The notes under the pieces were generated by a model that had not been told where the DNA came from, did no database searches, and saw nothing but the letters and a program-made list of their open reading frames with translations. The position numbers and the translations under genes are program-made. From IMG/VR virus record IMGVR_UViG_3300011439_000029, positions 1-43,867 of that record: a DNA stretch of 43,867 bases. One strand, 5' to 3'. This DNA comes from a virus (taxonomy: Duplodnaviria > Caudoviricetes). Below are positions 9,614-18,265 of this stretch, piece by piece (the stretch's first letter is position 1; every line of letters begins with the position of its first letter).

Positions 9614-10188
9614 CAGACTTTCCTCGCCCTTCTTCGTGCCAGCGCCTTGAACATGGGGTGCAGGTACGCGTCCTCGAAGACTCCCTGTCCTCCCTCGAAG
9701 TTCTGCGACTTCGTAATGATCTTGTCGTCGGCGAACCGAGACAGCATGAACCTGATCTGAGTTTCGAGTGCGCGTCGAACATCTCCAGGCGTAGTAGCGG
9801 ATGTGTAGCCGCCCGTGTACGTCACCCTCACTGCATGATCCCACCACTGTCCAGTAGCGCCCTCGAAGGACGACGCTTTGAGCTTCATCAAAACATTGCC
9901 GTTCTGCACGCTGTAGTCTGACGTCTCCAGCGTCTCCCACTCTCCCACTGACGACTGCGAGTTCTCTTCTACGAGCGACACCGACTGCACCGGCCACAGC
10001 TCCAAGAACAGTACGTGCGACTGCTCAGTCTGCGGCACCAGCAGCTGCATGTGATTCTCTCTGTACGCCCACAGCCTTCCCGTGCTCGTCTCCCATAGGT
10101 CGACTACCTCACTGATTAGCGACTCTAGCTTCTCGTCGTCCTTAGGCGCCAACTTCAGCGCTGCCCTGAGGTGCTCTACTGTTATCAC
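9613..10188 (-). CDS. Head-tail connector/adaptor (gp6-like)
   Basis: 'ITVEHLRAALKL..DDEKLESLI..ETSTGR', 'PVQSV', 'VRVTYTGGY..PGDVRRA' are typical adaptor motifs. Confidence 0.85.
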   Translation of the reverse strand: MITVEHLRAALKLAPKDDEKLESLISEVVDLWETSTGRLWAYRENHMQLLVPQTEQSHVLFLELWPVQSVSLVEENSQSSVGEWETLETSDYSVQNGNVLMKLKASSFEGATGQWWDHAVRVTYTGGYTSATTPGDVRRALETQIRFMLSRFADDKIITKSQNFEGGQGVFEDAYLHPMFKALARRRARKV

Positions 10189-10613
10189 GATTGCACCACC
10201 GTCGGCGTACCGAACGCCTCTGCACTGGAAATGCCGCTGTCTTGCGCGAACAGAACAGGCACATCAGCGACTGAAGCTCGTATGATTACGAAGAATGGGT
10301 CCGCGGTCTGCCATGAGTCGTCATTGCCGAAGCGAAGCAACGCAGTCCCGATGAACGTTCCAGTAGGCAGATCAGCGGCCTCGACGCCGCTCATAGTGGC
10401 CGTCAGCTTTCCATCTGCGACGACGACTACTAGGTTGCCTGCAGTCGTATCTCTGGACAGGATGATCTCGCCGGATACTGACCGTCTCACCTGCACGATG
10501 GCGCGATCGACGTCCGAGAGATCCTCCATGACCTCGTTCTCGTCGAAGATCAGCACGTCGAAGGGCTTCGTAGACCCCTTGATCAGCTCCAGCGTCGATG
10601 CTGCTGCCGTCAT
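10185..10613 (-). CDS. Virion protein, Ig/BppU-like N-terminus with C-terminal 'SGISSAEAFGTPTV' motif
   Basis: 142 aa; 'IKGST..F.V...E..DLS...A..QVR' pattern; shares the repeat motif of 16551..18257. Confidence 0.55.
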   Translation of the reverse strand: MTAAASTLELIKGSTKPFDVLIFDENEVMEDLSDVDRAIVQVRRSVSGEIILSRDTTAGNLVVVVADGKLTATMSGVEAADLPTGTFIGTALLRFGNDDSWQTADPFFVIIRASVADVPVLFAQDSGISSAEAFGTPTVVQS

Positions 10614-10759
10614 GGTGTTCCCTTCTTCTTATGACTCAGTCTAGTGCGCACGGTGGGTCTAGTGATCACGGCCCGGACCGAAGGATTACCGGCCGGCTTC
10701 TTACCAGAAACCGGGTCCTTCGGTCCGTCGCCGATCTTCGTGTCGCGTACGCTCGACAC
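10610..10759 (-). CDS. Small basic hypothetical protein (49 aa)
   Basis: GTG after AGGAG; TGA overlaps ATG of the next gene; not in ORF track; overlaps a hairpin so may be non-coding. Confidence 0.35.
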   Translation of the reverse strand: MSSVRDTKIGDGPKDPVSGKKPAGNPSVRAVITRPTVRTRLSHKKKGTP

Positions 10760-10781
10760 TTTAGTTAGCCGCTCCTAGTAA

Positions 10782-11282
10782 CTAGGGACGGCCAGGATGG
10801 AGCTTGTCGAACAGGTCTGCCGAGCCTTCGCCGTCGGTGAGACGGTAGCAGTCGCTGATGACGTAGGCGGCACCCGCCACCACCGCCGGCGTGCCGTCAT
10901 TGACCAGCACCAGGCGGACCGCGGAGTAAGTGATTCCGTCGATGTGGTTCAGGTCCATGGTACCCAGCAGGTACCCGTCCGTCTCCAGCTGTCCCGCGTC
11001 GTCCATGTTCGCCGGCGTGAAGGCGAGGTTGGTGATACCGTCGCTCTCCTTCAGCGCCTCCCACGTCGTACCATCGTCGCGACGCAGGCCCTGGATGGTG
11101 GCCGTGAGCGACGAGCTGCCGCCCATGGCCCCGGCCAGGAGAATGAAGGACAGCTGGCGACCACGACGCCACGGCTCCGAGATCGTGGTGCCGGTGCCGG
11201 TGCCCGCAGCCGCGATGCTGGCAGGAAGCAGCGCGTTGCCCACCTTGTTGTGGTGGAAGAAGTTGTTACCCCTGAGGGCCAT
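10782..11282 (-). CDS. Putative capsid decoration/cement protein
   Basis: 166 aa beta-rich protein directly after the capsid gene, same high-expression codon bias, GGAG RBS. Confidence 0.6.
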   Translation of the reverse strand: MALRGNNFFHHNKVGNALLPASIAAAGTGTGTTISEPWRRGRQLSFILLAGAMGGSSSLTATIQGLRRDDGTTWEALKESDGITNLAFTPANMDDAGQLETDGYLLGTMDLNHIDGITYSAVRLVLVNDGTPAVVAGAAYVISDCYRLTDGEGSADLFDKLHPGRP

Positions 11283-11347
11283 GATAGTTTCTCCGTGAAA
11301 TGTCTGTGTTGTGTTAGGTCGTTGGTTGTGTTGATCTACTCCTCGAC

Positions 11348-12769
11348 CTAGTCGAGGACGCGGACGTCGGGAACGACGATGATCGCGCGCGGCTGGCGGA
11401 TGGCCAGGTCGGCGAACAGGCGGAGCTTCATGAAGATGGCATCGGTGCCGAAGCCCATGCCCTTGCCGGCGTCGTCGTCGATCTCGATGCCCGCCCAGCG
11501 ACCCAGCACCACCGTACCCAGGTTGCCGGCGATGACGGTGTTGAACTTCAGCTCGTCCTCCGTGGTGGGCGCGCCGACCGTAGCACCGGGAATGTGGTTA
11601 GCGAACTGCGTGGACTTCGCGAAGGGACCGATCAGCTCCGTCAGGCGACTGTCGGGCACGATGGGAATGCCGATCAAGTAGGCCTGATTGGTCGTCTGAC
11701 CGGTGTAGGAGTCCACCTTGATCTGCTTGAGGCGCGTGAAGTAGCGCGGCGAGCCGATCGTGACGAACGTGTCGTCGAGGTCGATGTCGTCCTCCTCCAG
11801 GGCGAGGTGAACGTCGTTGAGGCTGTCGAAGTTGAGGTCGGCGCCTGCCCAGTCGGCCTGGAACAGCGCGCCGCCCAAGTCGTCGGTACCCAGGACTCCG
11901 TAGTTGCCCGACTGCGCGGAGTAGACCTTGATGCCGTTGGTGTTGAGAATGCCGCGAGGCATCTTGTTGGTGCCGGTGCCGAAGGCGATGGTGTGGTCGA
12001 GCTTCTTCGCCGCCGCGCGGATCATGTCCGTGCGGAGAAGGGCCTCGAAGCCGAACCCCGCGAAGCGCCGCATCTCCTCGGTGATCTTGACGAGGATACC
12101 CAATTTCTTGGGATTCATCGTCACGTCGTCCGTGTTGACGAGCGACTCGACGTACTGGTCTTCTTCCCCGATCCAGTAGGCGATCAGGCCGCCGTCGAAC
12201 TTCGGAATCGTGACGTTGCCGCCAACCAGGCCCTCGAGCAGCGACACTCGAGACGTGTCGCCCTCGCCGGCGAGGTTGATGAAGACAGACTTCGTGTAGA
12301 TCGCGCCGATGACGTCCGGGATGACCTGGTCGGGGATGAAGGAGCCCGCGACCTTGTCCTCGCCCATCTGGATGCCGGCCTTCGAGTACATCTCGACGGC
12401 CTTCGCCGTGGCCTGCGTCAGCACCTCGTGCTCGAACTGAGCACCGGCCTCCTTCCACCCGATGCGCTTGCCCACCATGGCTCGAACCATGGAGAACTGC
12501 TGGGTGTAGTCCTCGAGGCCGGAGACGTGCAGGCCCTTGGTCGACCGACGGATCTGGTCTGTCAGCGTCGCCGTCTTGGCCTTGACGCGCTCGAACTCGT
12601 CGAACGTCGCCTTGAGATCGATGTCCTTGATGGGACCGATGACGTCCTCGCACGCCTTCAGGCGGCTCAGCATCGTCTTGAGGCCGCCGTCGCCGAGCAG
12701 CTCGTCGAGCTCCTGAAGAAGCTTGGCGACCTGCTTCTCCTTGTTCTTGGGATCTGTTACTGCGGGCAT
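11348..12769 (-). CDS. Major capsid protein, HK97 fold
   Basis: Start re-called at ATG 12767-12769 (MPAVTDPK); 'GSFIPDQVIPDVI', 'AYWIGEE', 'VTMNPKKLGILVKITEEM', 'LDHTIAFGTGTNKMPRGILN', 'RQPRAI'; N-terminal coiled-coil delta-like region. Confidence 0.95.
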   Translation of the reverse strand: MPAVTDPKNKEKQVAKLLQELDELLGDGGLKTMLSRLKACEDVIGPIKDIDLKATFDEFERVKAKTATLTDQIRRSTKGLHVSGLEDYTQQFSMVRAMVGKRIGWKEAGAQFEHEVLTQATAKAVEMYSKAGIQMGEDKVAGSFIPDQVIPDVIGAIYTKSVFINLAGEGDTSRVSLLEGLVGGNVTIPKFDGGLIAYWIGEEDQYVESLVNTDDVTMNPKKLGILVKITEEMRRFAGFGFEALLRTDMIRAAAKKLDHTIAFGTGTNKMPRGILNTNGIKVYSAQSGNYGVLGTDDLGGALFQADWAGADLNFDSLNDVHLALEEDDIDLDDTFVTIGSPRYFTRLKQIKVDSYTGQTTNQAYLIGIPIVPDSRLTELIGPFAKSTQFANHIPGATVGAPTTEDELKFNTVIAGNLGTVVLGRWAGIEIDDDAGKGMGFGTDAIFMKLRLFADLAIRQPRAIIVVPDVRVLD

Positions 12770-12770
12770 G

Positions 12771-14144
12771 TCAGGAAACCTTCCTTTCACGAAGGGTCTT
12801 GAAGTCGGTGTTGAGTTCTTCCAGCCTCCGGAGAAGGCCAGCGTAGTCGCTTTCGCTATCGCTATCGATCGCGGTCGCCTTGCCGGCGGGTGACTTCCCG
12901 TCGGTGTCGTCGTCCTCGTCCTCCTCGTCATCCTCCTCGTCGTCGGGATCCTCCTCGTCGGCGGCCTTCGAGTTGCTCGTCATCTGCTCCATCATGTCGC
13001 GAATGTCGGAGATCGCGCTGCTGATGCCCAGCAGGCCCTCCTCCACCATGACGGTGAGGTCGGCGACGGCGTCAGCCAGCGCCTGCGTATCGTCGCCCTC
13101 TGCCTTGGCATCGGGTTTCGCCTCTGCTTTGGAGGTCGTTCCAGGCACGTAGCCATTGAGAGGGTCGACCTCCTCCACGGTGCGCTCGTACATGGGGGTG
13201 TCCACGTCGCCGTGGCGCTTCCACTCGCTGTCAGGGAACAGCATGCGAGCCATCTGGACGTACTTCGAGTCCACGTCGCCCCACCGGTCGCGATCGCCGG
13301 ACTCGACGATGGACTCGCGCTCCAACTCGCGCACCACGGCCAGGTCCTTCGGCGCGAGGAGGCCCTTGGACTTGGCGCGAGACAGGATGGCGAACGCGCC
13401 GGAGTTGGCGCCCAGGAGAGTGGGACTGAACTCGAGAAGGTGATTATCGTCGAGCACGAAGCCCCAGCGTCCGAGACCGAGCTTCTGGCGCTCGTCCTCG
13501 TCCTTGATGTCGATGACCTTGTCGGCCGAGAAGCCGACGCTGCCGCCGACCATGAAACCAGCTCTCACGAGCCGGTGAGCGGTGTCCGCCTCCGAGAATT
13601 GCTCCTTGGTGGCGAACAGCGACAGTAGCTGCAGCGCAGGCCCCATGTACTTGGCCGATGAACGCTGCACCACCTGCCACGCGATCACCGAGCCGATGGG
13701 GAACCCGCCCCAGTCGTGGCTGTTGGCGAGAGGGTGATTGTCCTCGAACTCGTCGAACAACCAGTTCTGGAGGACGATGTCACCGTGCGCGTCGGGTCGC
13801 TGGTCACTTGCCCAGTAGGGGACCGCGCGCGAGGCGAGTGCTGACTCCCACTGGATACCGCGCTCGGTGGCGATTCGCTGGAGTTCGCTCGCCTGGCCCG
13901 CTACTGCGGAGAAGTCCATCTGCTTGTCCAGCAGCTTCGCGTCCGCGCGCGCGCCAGCGATTACGCAACCGCCGCGCTTGCCGACGATGGAGCGTCCGTC
14001 CTCGGACTTCCGCACGCTGGTATGCGCTGCGTAGGTGCCGAGTCTCGACTTCTCCTTCTCGACCGCCTCGTTGAGCCGCTGGAATACGACCTCGGGATCC
14101 GTGATCAGCTCCGCCGACTTGAACTCTGTTCCTGCGATGAGCAT
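12771..14144 (-). CDS. Prohead maturation protease with acidic/coiled-coil C-terminal (scaffold-like) tail
   Basis: 'WASDQRPDAHGDIV', 'LANSHDW..PIG', 'GGSVGF', 'LLEFSPTLLGAN' match HK97-type serine protease; poly-D/E tract near the C-terminus. Confidence 0.9.
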   Translation of the reverse strand: MLIAGTEFKSAELITDPEVVFQRLNEAVEKEKSRLGTYAAHTSVRKSEDGRSIVGKRGGCVIAGARADAKLLDKQMDFSAVAGQASELQRIATERGIQWESALASRAVPYWASDQRPDAHGDIVLQNWLFDEFEDNHPLANSHDWGGFPIGSVIAWQVVQRSSAKYMGPALQLLSLFATKEQFSEADTAHRLVRAGFMVGGSVGFSADKVIDIKDEDERQKLGLGRWGFVLDDNHLLEFSPTLLGANSGAFAILSRAKSKGLLAPKDLAVVRELERESIVESGDRDRWGDVDSKYVQMARMLFPDSEWKRHGDVDTPMYERTVEEVDPLNGYVPGTTSKAEAKPDAKAEGDDTQALADAVADLTVMVEEGLLGISSAISDIRDMMEQMTSNSKAADEEDPDDEEDDEEDEDDDTDGKSPAGKATAIDSDSESDYAGLLRRLEELNTDFKTLRERKVS

Positions 14145-14147
14145 GTG

Positions 14148-16541
14148 CTACTCCGTGGGAATCATCATGCACCGGCAGTTGATAACCTGGCCTGGCGGTG
14201 CGCTCAGGTCTCCAGGATATTGAAGCGCCCCGCCGGTGCCGTTCACCAGACCCGGGAGAGTGAGGTAGTTGAAGCCCCTGTCCTTGGGACCCTCATCGCC
14301 GAACAGGATGTGGTCGGGCCGAGTCGCCTCGTCGCCCGCTGATACCCATTCCTGCGTAGAGAATCCCTGAGCTCCGAACATCTGATCTCGGACGCCGTTC
14401 ATCAGGTTCGCGGTCTCAGTACGCGCGATCTGCAGCGCCTTCGCCGACGACGACGAGATGTTGAATACCTGAGAAATGCGAGCCCTGAGCTGCGAGATGC
14501 TCTCTCCGGCCTGCACTCCCTGAGTCATAGTCCTTCGAAGATTGTCGATGAGCGTCTTCGGCGTCGAGTCGATGAACTTCTTCTCGCGCAAGTCGAAGTA
14601 GTTCATCAGTCGCGGATCGTCTATCTCGAACGTCGGGATGCCGATGTCGTCGAGCGTGAAGTTGTACGTCTCCTGCATCGTGCCCGTCATGGTGGGGCGC
14701 GACTTCGCCTTCAGCTGGTTGCTGGTCTCGAACAAGTCAGGCAGTATCACGGACAGGTTCACGTCTTTAGTGATTCGGCGCCTGAAGCTCTTCGCGCTCT
14801 GATCGAAGCGAGCCATCGTCTCGCGCTGCACCTGCGCGACCCACGATCGGTACGCCTTCTTCATCGCCGTCTCGAGAACAGTCTCCAGCGACGCGAACTG
14901 GCGCCAGCGCCTACCAGACGACGCTTTCCTCTGCGCCGAGGACCTCCGCACCCACGGCCCTCTAGCGGCGGCAACGGCGACATCCTCCTCGTCTTCGTCT
15001 TCTTCTTCCTCCTCGGGATCCTCTTCGAGATCCTCCTCGTCGTCGACCGCTGGTGACTCTGTAGGATCCCCAGGCACTCCCGTCTGCTCAGGAGCAGGAG
15101 GGTTGACTACATCTTTAGCTGGCATGGAGAATCCTGCCACCAGCGCCACGTGGTCACCCTCGTACTCCGGTACCTCAAGGTCCACCACTTCGAACGCGAC
15201 CCTGGGAGGGACGTGCAACTTGTCACTCGCGAGTTGAGTGGCGATGGCGACTTTTTCCGTCAATCCCGCCCTCAGAGCTTCGACGCTCGAGAGGTCGAAC
15301 CCGCCGAACACGCTGTCTGTCTCCTCGAAGAACACGCTCTTGTCAAGGGCGGTCTCGATCAGGTTCTGCGTCGGCAGGATATTCTTGTCCCAGAAGTTCT
15401 TATCCTGCCCGAGCTGCGTGGCGTAGTTGACGAAGTCCGTCACGCCTACGACCGAGGGCGGCACTCCCATGACGGCTAGCACCTCCTCGCGGTTCATCTT
15501 CCGCGACTCGATGAAGTCCATGTCCTCGGGCGTCAGTGCGATGCTGTCGTACTCGAAGCCTCCGCTCAGCAGCGCGATGCGAGCGGCGTTGTTCACGCCC
15601 TCGTGCTTGTCCTTCCACTTCGCGAGGTATGCCTGCTCCTCGTCCGAGCTAAGAGGCTCCTTGGATGTGATGACTCCCTTTGGAACGCCGCTGTTAGCAA
15701 GCAGTGACCGATTGTGAGCCTGCACCATCAAGTCCGTCTCGATGCCAAGGGCCACAGCGGTCAGCCTGCTCATGCCCCTGACTGGATCTAGAGGGTTAGC
15801 GAACTTGAACTGCACTACCTCTGACAGGTCCAGCTGTATCCGTATTCCAGCGTTCGAGTTGGGCATCCAGCGAGGCGGACGGTAGTACCATCCCAGCAGG
15901 TCACCGTGGTCGCCCTTCGAGTACCACGGCTCGAAGCAGTCAGGTCCGATGGGCCAGATCCTAGTCGCAGCGCCAGGAAAAGTGCTGCCACCCTCGTCGT
16001 CTGTGAGTACCCAGAATATCTCACCTCTTACAGCAAGCCACAAGTACGTCAGCTGAAACAGCTGCTCCTTCGACAGGAACGGGTTTGGATCCTGGAAGAG
16101 GTCCATGATGGGGTGATCGAAGTCCACCATGATGCCCTTGCGCATCACGCGTTTCGCCCACCTCTTCACGTCGTGCCGCATCATCGCGCGACGCTGATGC
16201 CCAGACTTCGCCCCAGTCCACTTCCTTCCAGCGTCCGCGGCACTCTTGACTCGCGTGCGCAACTGCGCGTCCGTCTCCCTGAACACCACGTACTCCGCCT
16301 GTGACGCCACCATGGACGTCACCATCGCCGCGGCGAAGACCCACGAATGGTTCGAGAACGGGTCCATCGCTCTCAGCTTCGCAGGCGCGTGAGAGCGCTG
16401 AAGGTTGGTGATGTACGTGTTGACTGACGAGAACAGGCTCTTAGCGTGAACCCCGTTACTGTTGCCGTTGATCCTCGACATGTCCAGCGGCAGACCGTCG
16501 GGACCCAGCAGCACTCTGCGCTTTTCTAGCTCCTTCACCAT
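14148..16541 (-). CDS. Portal protein fused to MuF/SPP1 gp7-like head morphogenesis domain
   Basis: Portal motifs 'HPIMDLFQDPNPFLS', 'RGEIFW', 'EVVQFKFANPLDPVRGMS', 'DMDFIESRK..EEVLAVMGVPP'; acidic linker; C-terminal 'IARTET', 'EWVSAGDEATRPDH', 'YPGD..AP..QVINCRC'. Confidence 0.92.
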   Translation of the reverse strand: MVKELEKRRVLLGPDGLPLDMSRINGNSNGVHAKSLFSSVNTYITNLQRSHAPAKLRAMDPFSNHSWVFAAAMVTSMVASQAEYVVFRETDAQLRTRVKSAADAGRKWTGAKSGHQRRAMMRHDVKRWAKRVMRKGIMVDFDHPIMDLFQDPNPFLSKEQLFQLTYLWLAVRGEIFWVLTDDEGGSTFPGAATRIWPIGPDCFEPWYSKGDHGDLLGWYYRPPRWMPNSNAGIRIQLDLSEVVQFKFANPLDPVRGMSRLTAVALGIETDLMVQAHNRSLLANSGVPKGVITSKEPLSSDEEQAYLAKWKDKHEGVNNAARIALLSGGFEYDSIALTPEDMDFIESRKMNREEVLAVMGVPPSVVGVTDFVNYATQLGQDKNFWDKNILPTQNLIETALDKSVFFEETDSVFGGFDLSSVEALRAGLTEKVAIATQLASDKLHVPPRVAFEVVDLEVPEYEGDHVALVAGFSMPAKDVVNPPAPEQTGVPGDPTESPAVDDEEDLEEDPEEEEEDEDEEDVAVAAARGPWVRRSSAQRKASSGRRWRQFASLETVLETAMKKAYRSWVAQVQRETMARFDQSAKSFRRRITKDVNLSVILPDLFETSNQLKAKSRPTMTGTMQETYNFTLDDIGIPTFEIDDPRLMNYFDLREKKFIDSTPKTLIDNLRRTMTQGVQAGESISQLRARISQVFNISSSSAKALQIARTETANLMNGVRDQMFGAQGFSTQEWVSAGDEATRPDHILFGDEGPKDRGFNYLTLPGLVNGTGGALQYPGDLSAPPGQVINCRCMMIPTE

Positions 16542-16550
16542 GTCAGCTCT

Positions 16551-18257
16551 CTACTTCTTGATGAAGGGCGCCGCGGGAAGGACAGTAGACGGCTCGCCGA
16601 ATGGGTCGTCCTGGATGAAGCTCACTGGCGGCAAGAAGAAGATGATCGACCTCGGCGGCCTCGCGAATCGACGGCGCTCTCTCCACTTCCTCTTGACTTC
16701 CTCTAGGTCGAGGTGCCCCTCTCCTTCGGCAATGACTACCAGGTCGCCGCCGAACTCCTCGTCACTGGCGATGGATGATGGCGACACGAACTGAGTGCTA
16801 TTAGTCACGATCACTGGCACGCCGAACTCCTCGGCCGTCGCAATCGCGAGAGGCAGCAAGTCGTACACGGCGAGAAGGAACGCTGCACCGAACGCCTCTC
16901 CGCTGGCGATCGCTGCTGGGAGGATCGTCACCCCTCCGGGTGCCACTACATGAACCCCGAACGCCTCACCTGACGCCGTCCCTGGTGGCAGGAGAGTGGG
17001 CCCTGAAGGGGTGACGATGTCGGTACCGAAGGCCTCGTTCGACGTGATGCCCGTCGGGAGCAGTGTCTTCGTGATGGGCTTGATAGCCAGGACTGAGAAA
17101 TAGCACTTGACAGAGTCGACGTTGGTGTATTGTATCTCGAAACCCAGCGACGTGAACTGCGTAATCGTCCCGATTATGGCTGTAGTCAGCCCGCCATCAT
17201 GGTCCGGCAAGTACGGGAATGAGTTGTCGTTGTCGCTCTGAGTATCAGTAACGGCTGACAAATCCTCGACGGCGACAGAACTGTTGTACTGCGAACTTGG
17301 ACCAGTGGACTGCCAAAGGCCGAACGCTCCAGCGCGCCCATCCTGGAAGTTGGTACTCAGAGTGTTGATCTTGCTATTCCAACCGAACACGGTCTGCGGC
17401 CTGAAGCCCGGGGCCCCGTGTTCGTGTGTCATCACTGAATCGCGCGACTGGACCAAGTCGAGCGTAGTCTCATTATCACACTTCACGGCCATGTAGTAAA
17501 ACTCGAACCCCGCGCCGTTAACTTGATTCGCAGTGAACCCAGACGAGTCGAAGTTACTAATCTCCACCGCTCCGAGGACGCTGGCATTTTCAATGTCGCG
17601 CAGAAAATACTGACTATCCACTCGTGCTGAAGGAGCGCCATCCGTTACGTTGTGCGCCTCGAAGTAACTGAACGCATTCTGCGTCTGACCAAAAATGCCT
17701 TCGTTATTGGCGAGGCCCATCAAGAATTTGGCGCCGGTCTGGGCGGCGCCTACTGACGACTGCACTGTCGAGATTCCCTCTAGGAAGCTGGCAAGAAATG
17801 GAACTGCCGTGATGACGTGATCACCTGCTGAGGTGTCGCCAGTCCCTACGAAGCACTCATCGTTGCCCTCATCGAAGTAGAGTCTCGCTTCCACGAAGAA
17901 CGAGTTGGCCCATGCATTGTCGACGTTCAGGCGTATTCCATCCGTGATGAAGCTATCGAAGGCCGCACTACCGTTGACCGTCCCGCCGACATCGACGAGC
18001 ATCGCACAATAAGCGATGCTCTTGATCCTCCGCGTGACGGTCAGAACTGATACGTTGCCTGACACAAATGAGACGCAGCGATTGCTGACCCCATCCGTAA
18101 ACCCTAGGCCCAAGCGCGCCCCGTTGGTCGGCGTCACGTCGGCAAGCCCGCCAGAGACCTTGAAGGTGGCACCGATGCAGGTACCCATGCCAGTAGCAGT
18201 GAAGTCCCACGCCCCTGTCGCGAGAGCGGCCGTGGTTCTTACGATTGCCTCTCGCAT
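16551..18257 (-). CDS. Putative virion structural protein with five C-terminal 'PxxIxSxExFG' repeats
   Basis: 568 aa, Gly/Thr/Ser-rich beta-type composition; repeats seen directly; lies in morphogenesis block. Confidence 0.55.
   Translation of the reverse strand: MREAIVRTTAALATGAWDFTATGMGTCIGATFKVSGGLADVTPTNGARLGLGFTDGVSNRCVSFVSGNVSVLTVTRRIKSIAYCAMLVDVGGTVNGSAAFDSFITDGIRLNVDNAWANSFFVEARLYFDEGNDECFVGTGDTSAGDHVITAVPFLASFLEGISTVQSSVGAAQTGAKFLMGLANNEGIFGQTQNAFSYFEAHNVTDGAPSARVDSQYFLRDIENASVLGAVEISNFDSSGFTANQVNGAGFEFYYMAVKCDNETTLDLVQSRDSVMTHEHGAPGFRPQTVFGWNSKINTLSTNFQDGRAGAFGLWQSTGPSSQYNSSVAVEDLSAVTDTQSDNDNSFPYLPDHDGGLTTAIIGTITQFTSLGFEIQYTNVDSVKCYFSVLAIKPITKTLLPTGITSNEAFGTDIVTPSGPTLLPPGTASGEAFGVHVVAPGGVTILPAAIASGEAFGAAFLLAVYDLLPLAIATAEEFGVPVIVTNSTQFVSPSSIASDEEFGGDLVVIAEGEGHLDLEEVKRKWRERRRFARPPRSIIFFLPPVSFIQDDPFGEPSTVLPAAPFIKK
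16745..17070 (-). repeat. Five ~21-23-aa repeats (PTGITSNEAFG, PPGTASGEAFG, PAAIASGEAFG, PLAIATAEEFG, PSSIASDEEFG)
   Basis: Seen in translation of 16551..18257. Confidence 0.9.
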
Positions 18258-18265
18258 GACTCGAT

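Noticed and set aside
11594-12802. 402-aa plus-strand ORF and 351-aa alternative-frame ORF over the capsid gene
   Set aside because: Shadow ORFs caused by strong GC3 bias; no motifs, and fully overlapping a clear capsid gene
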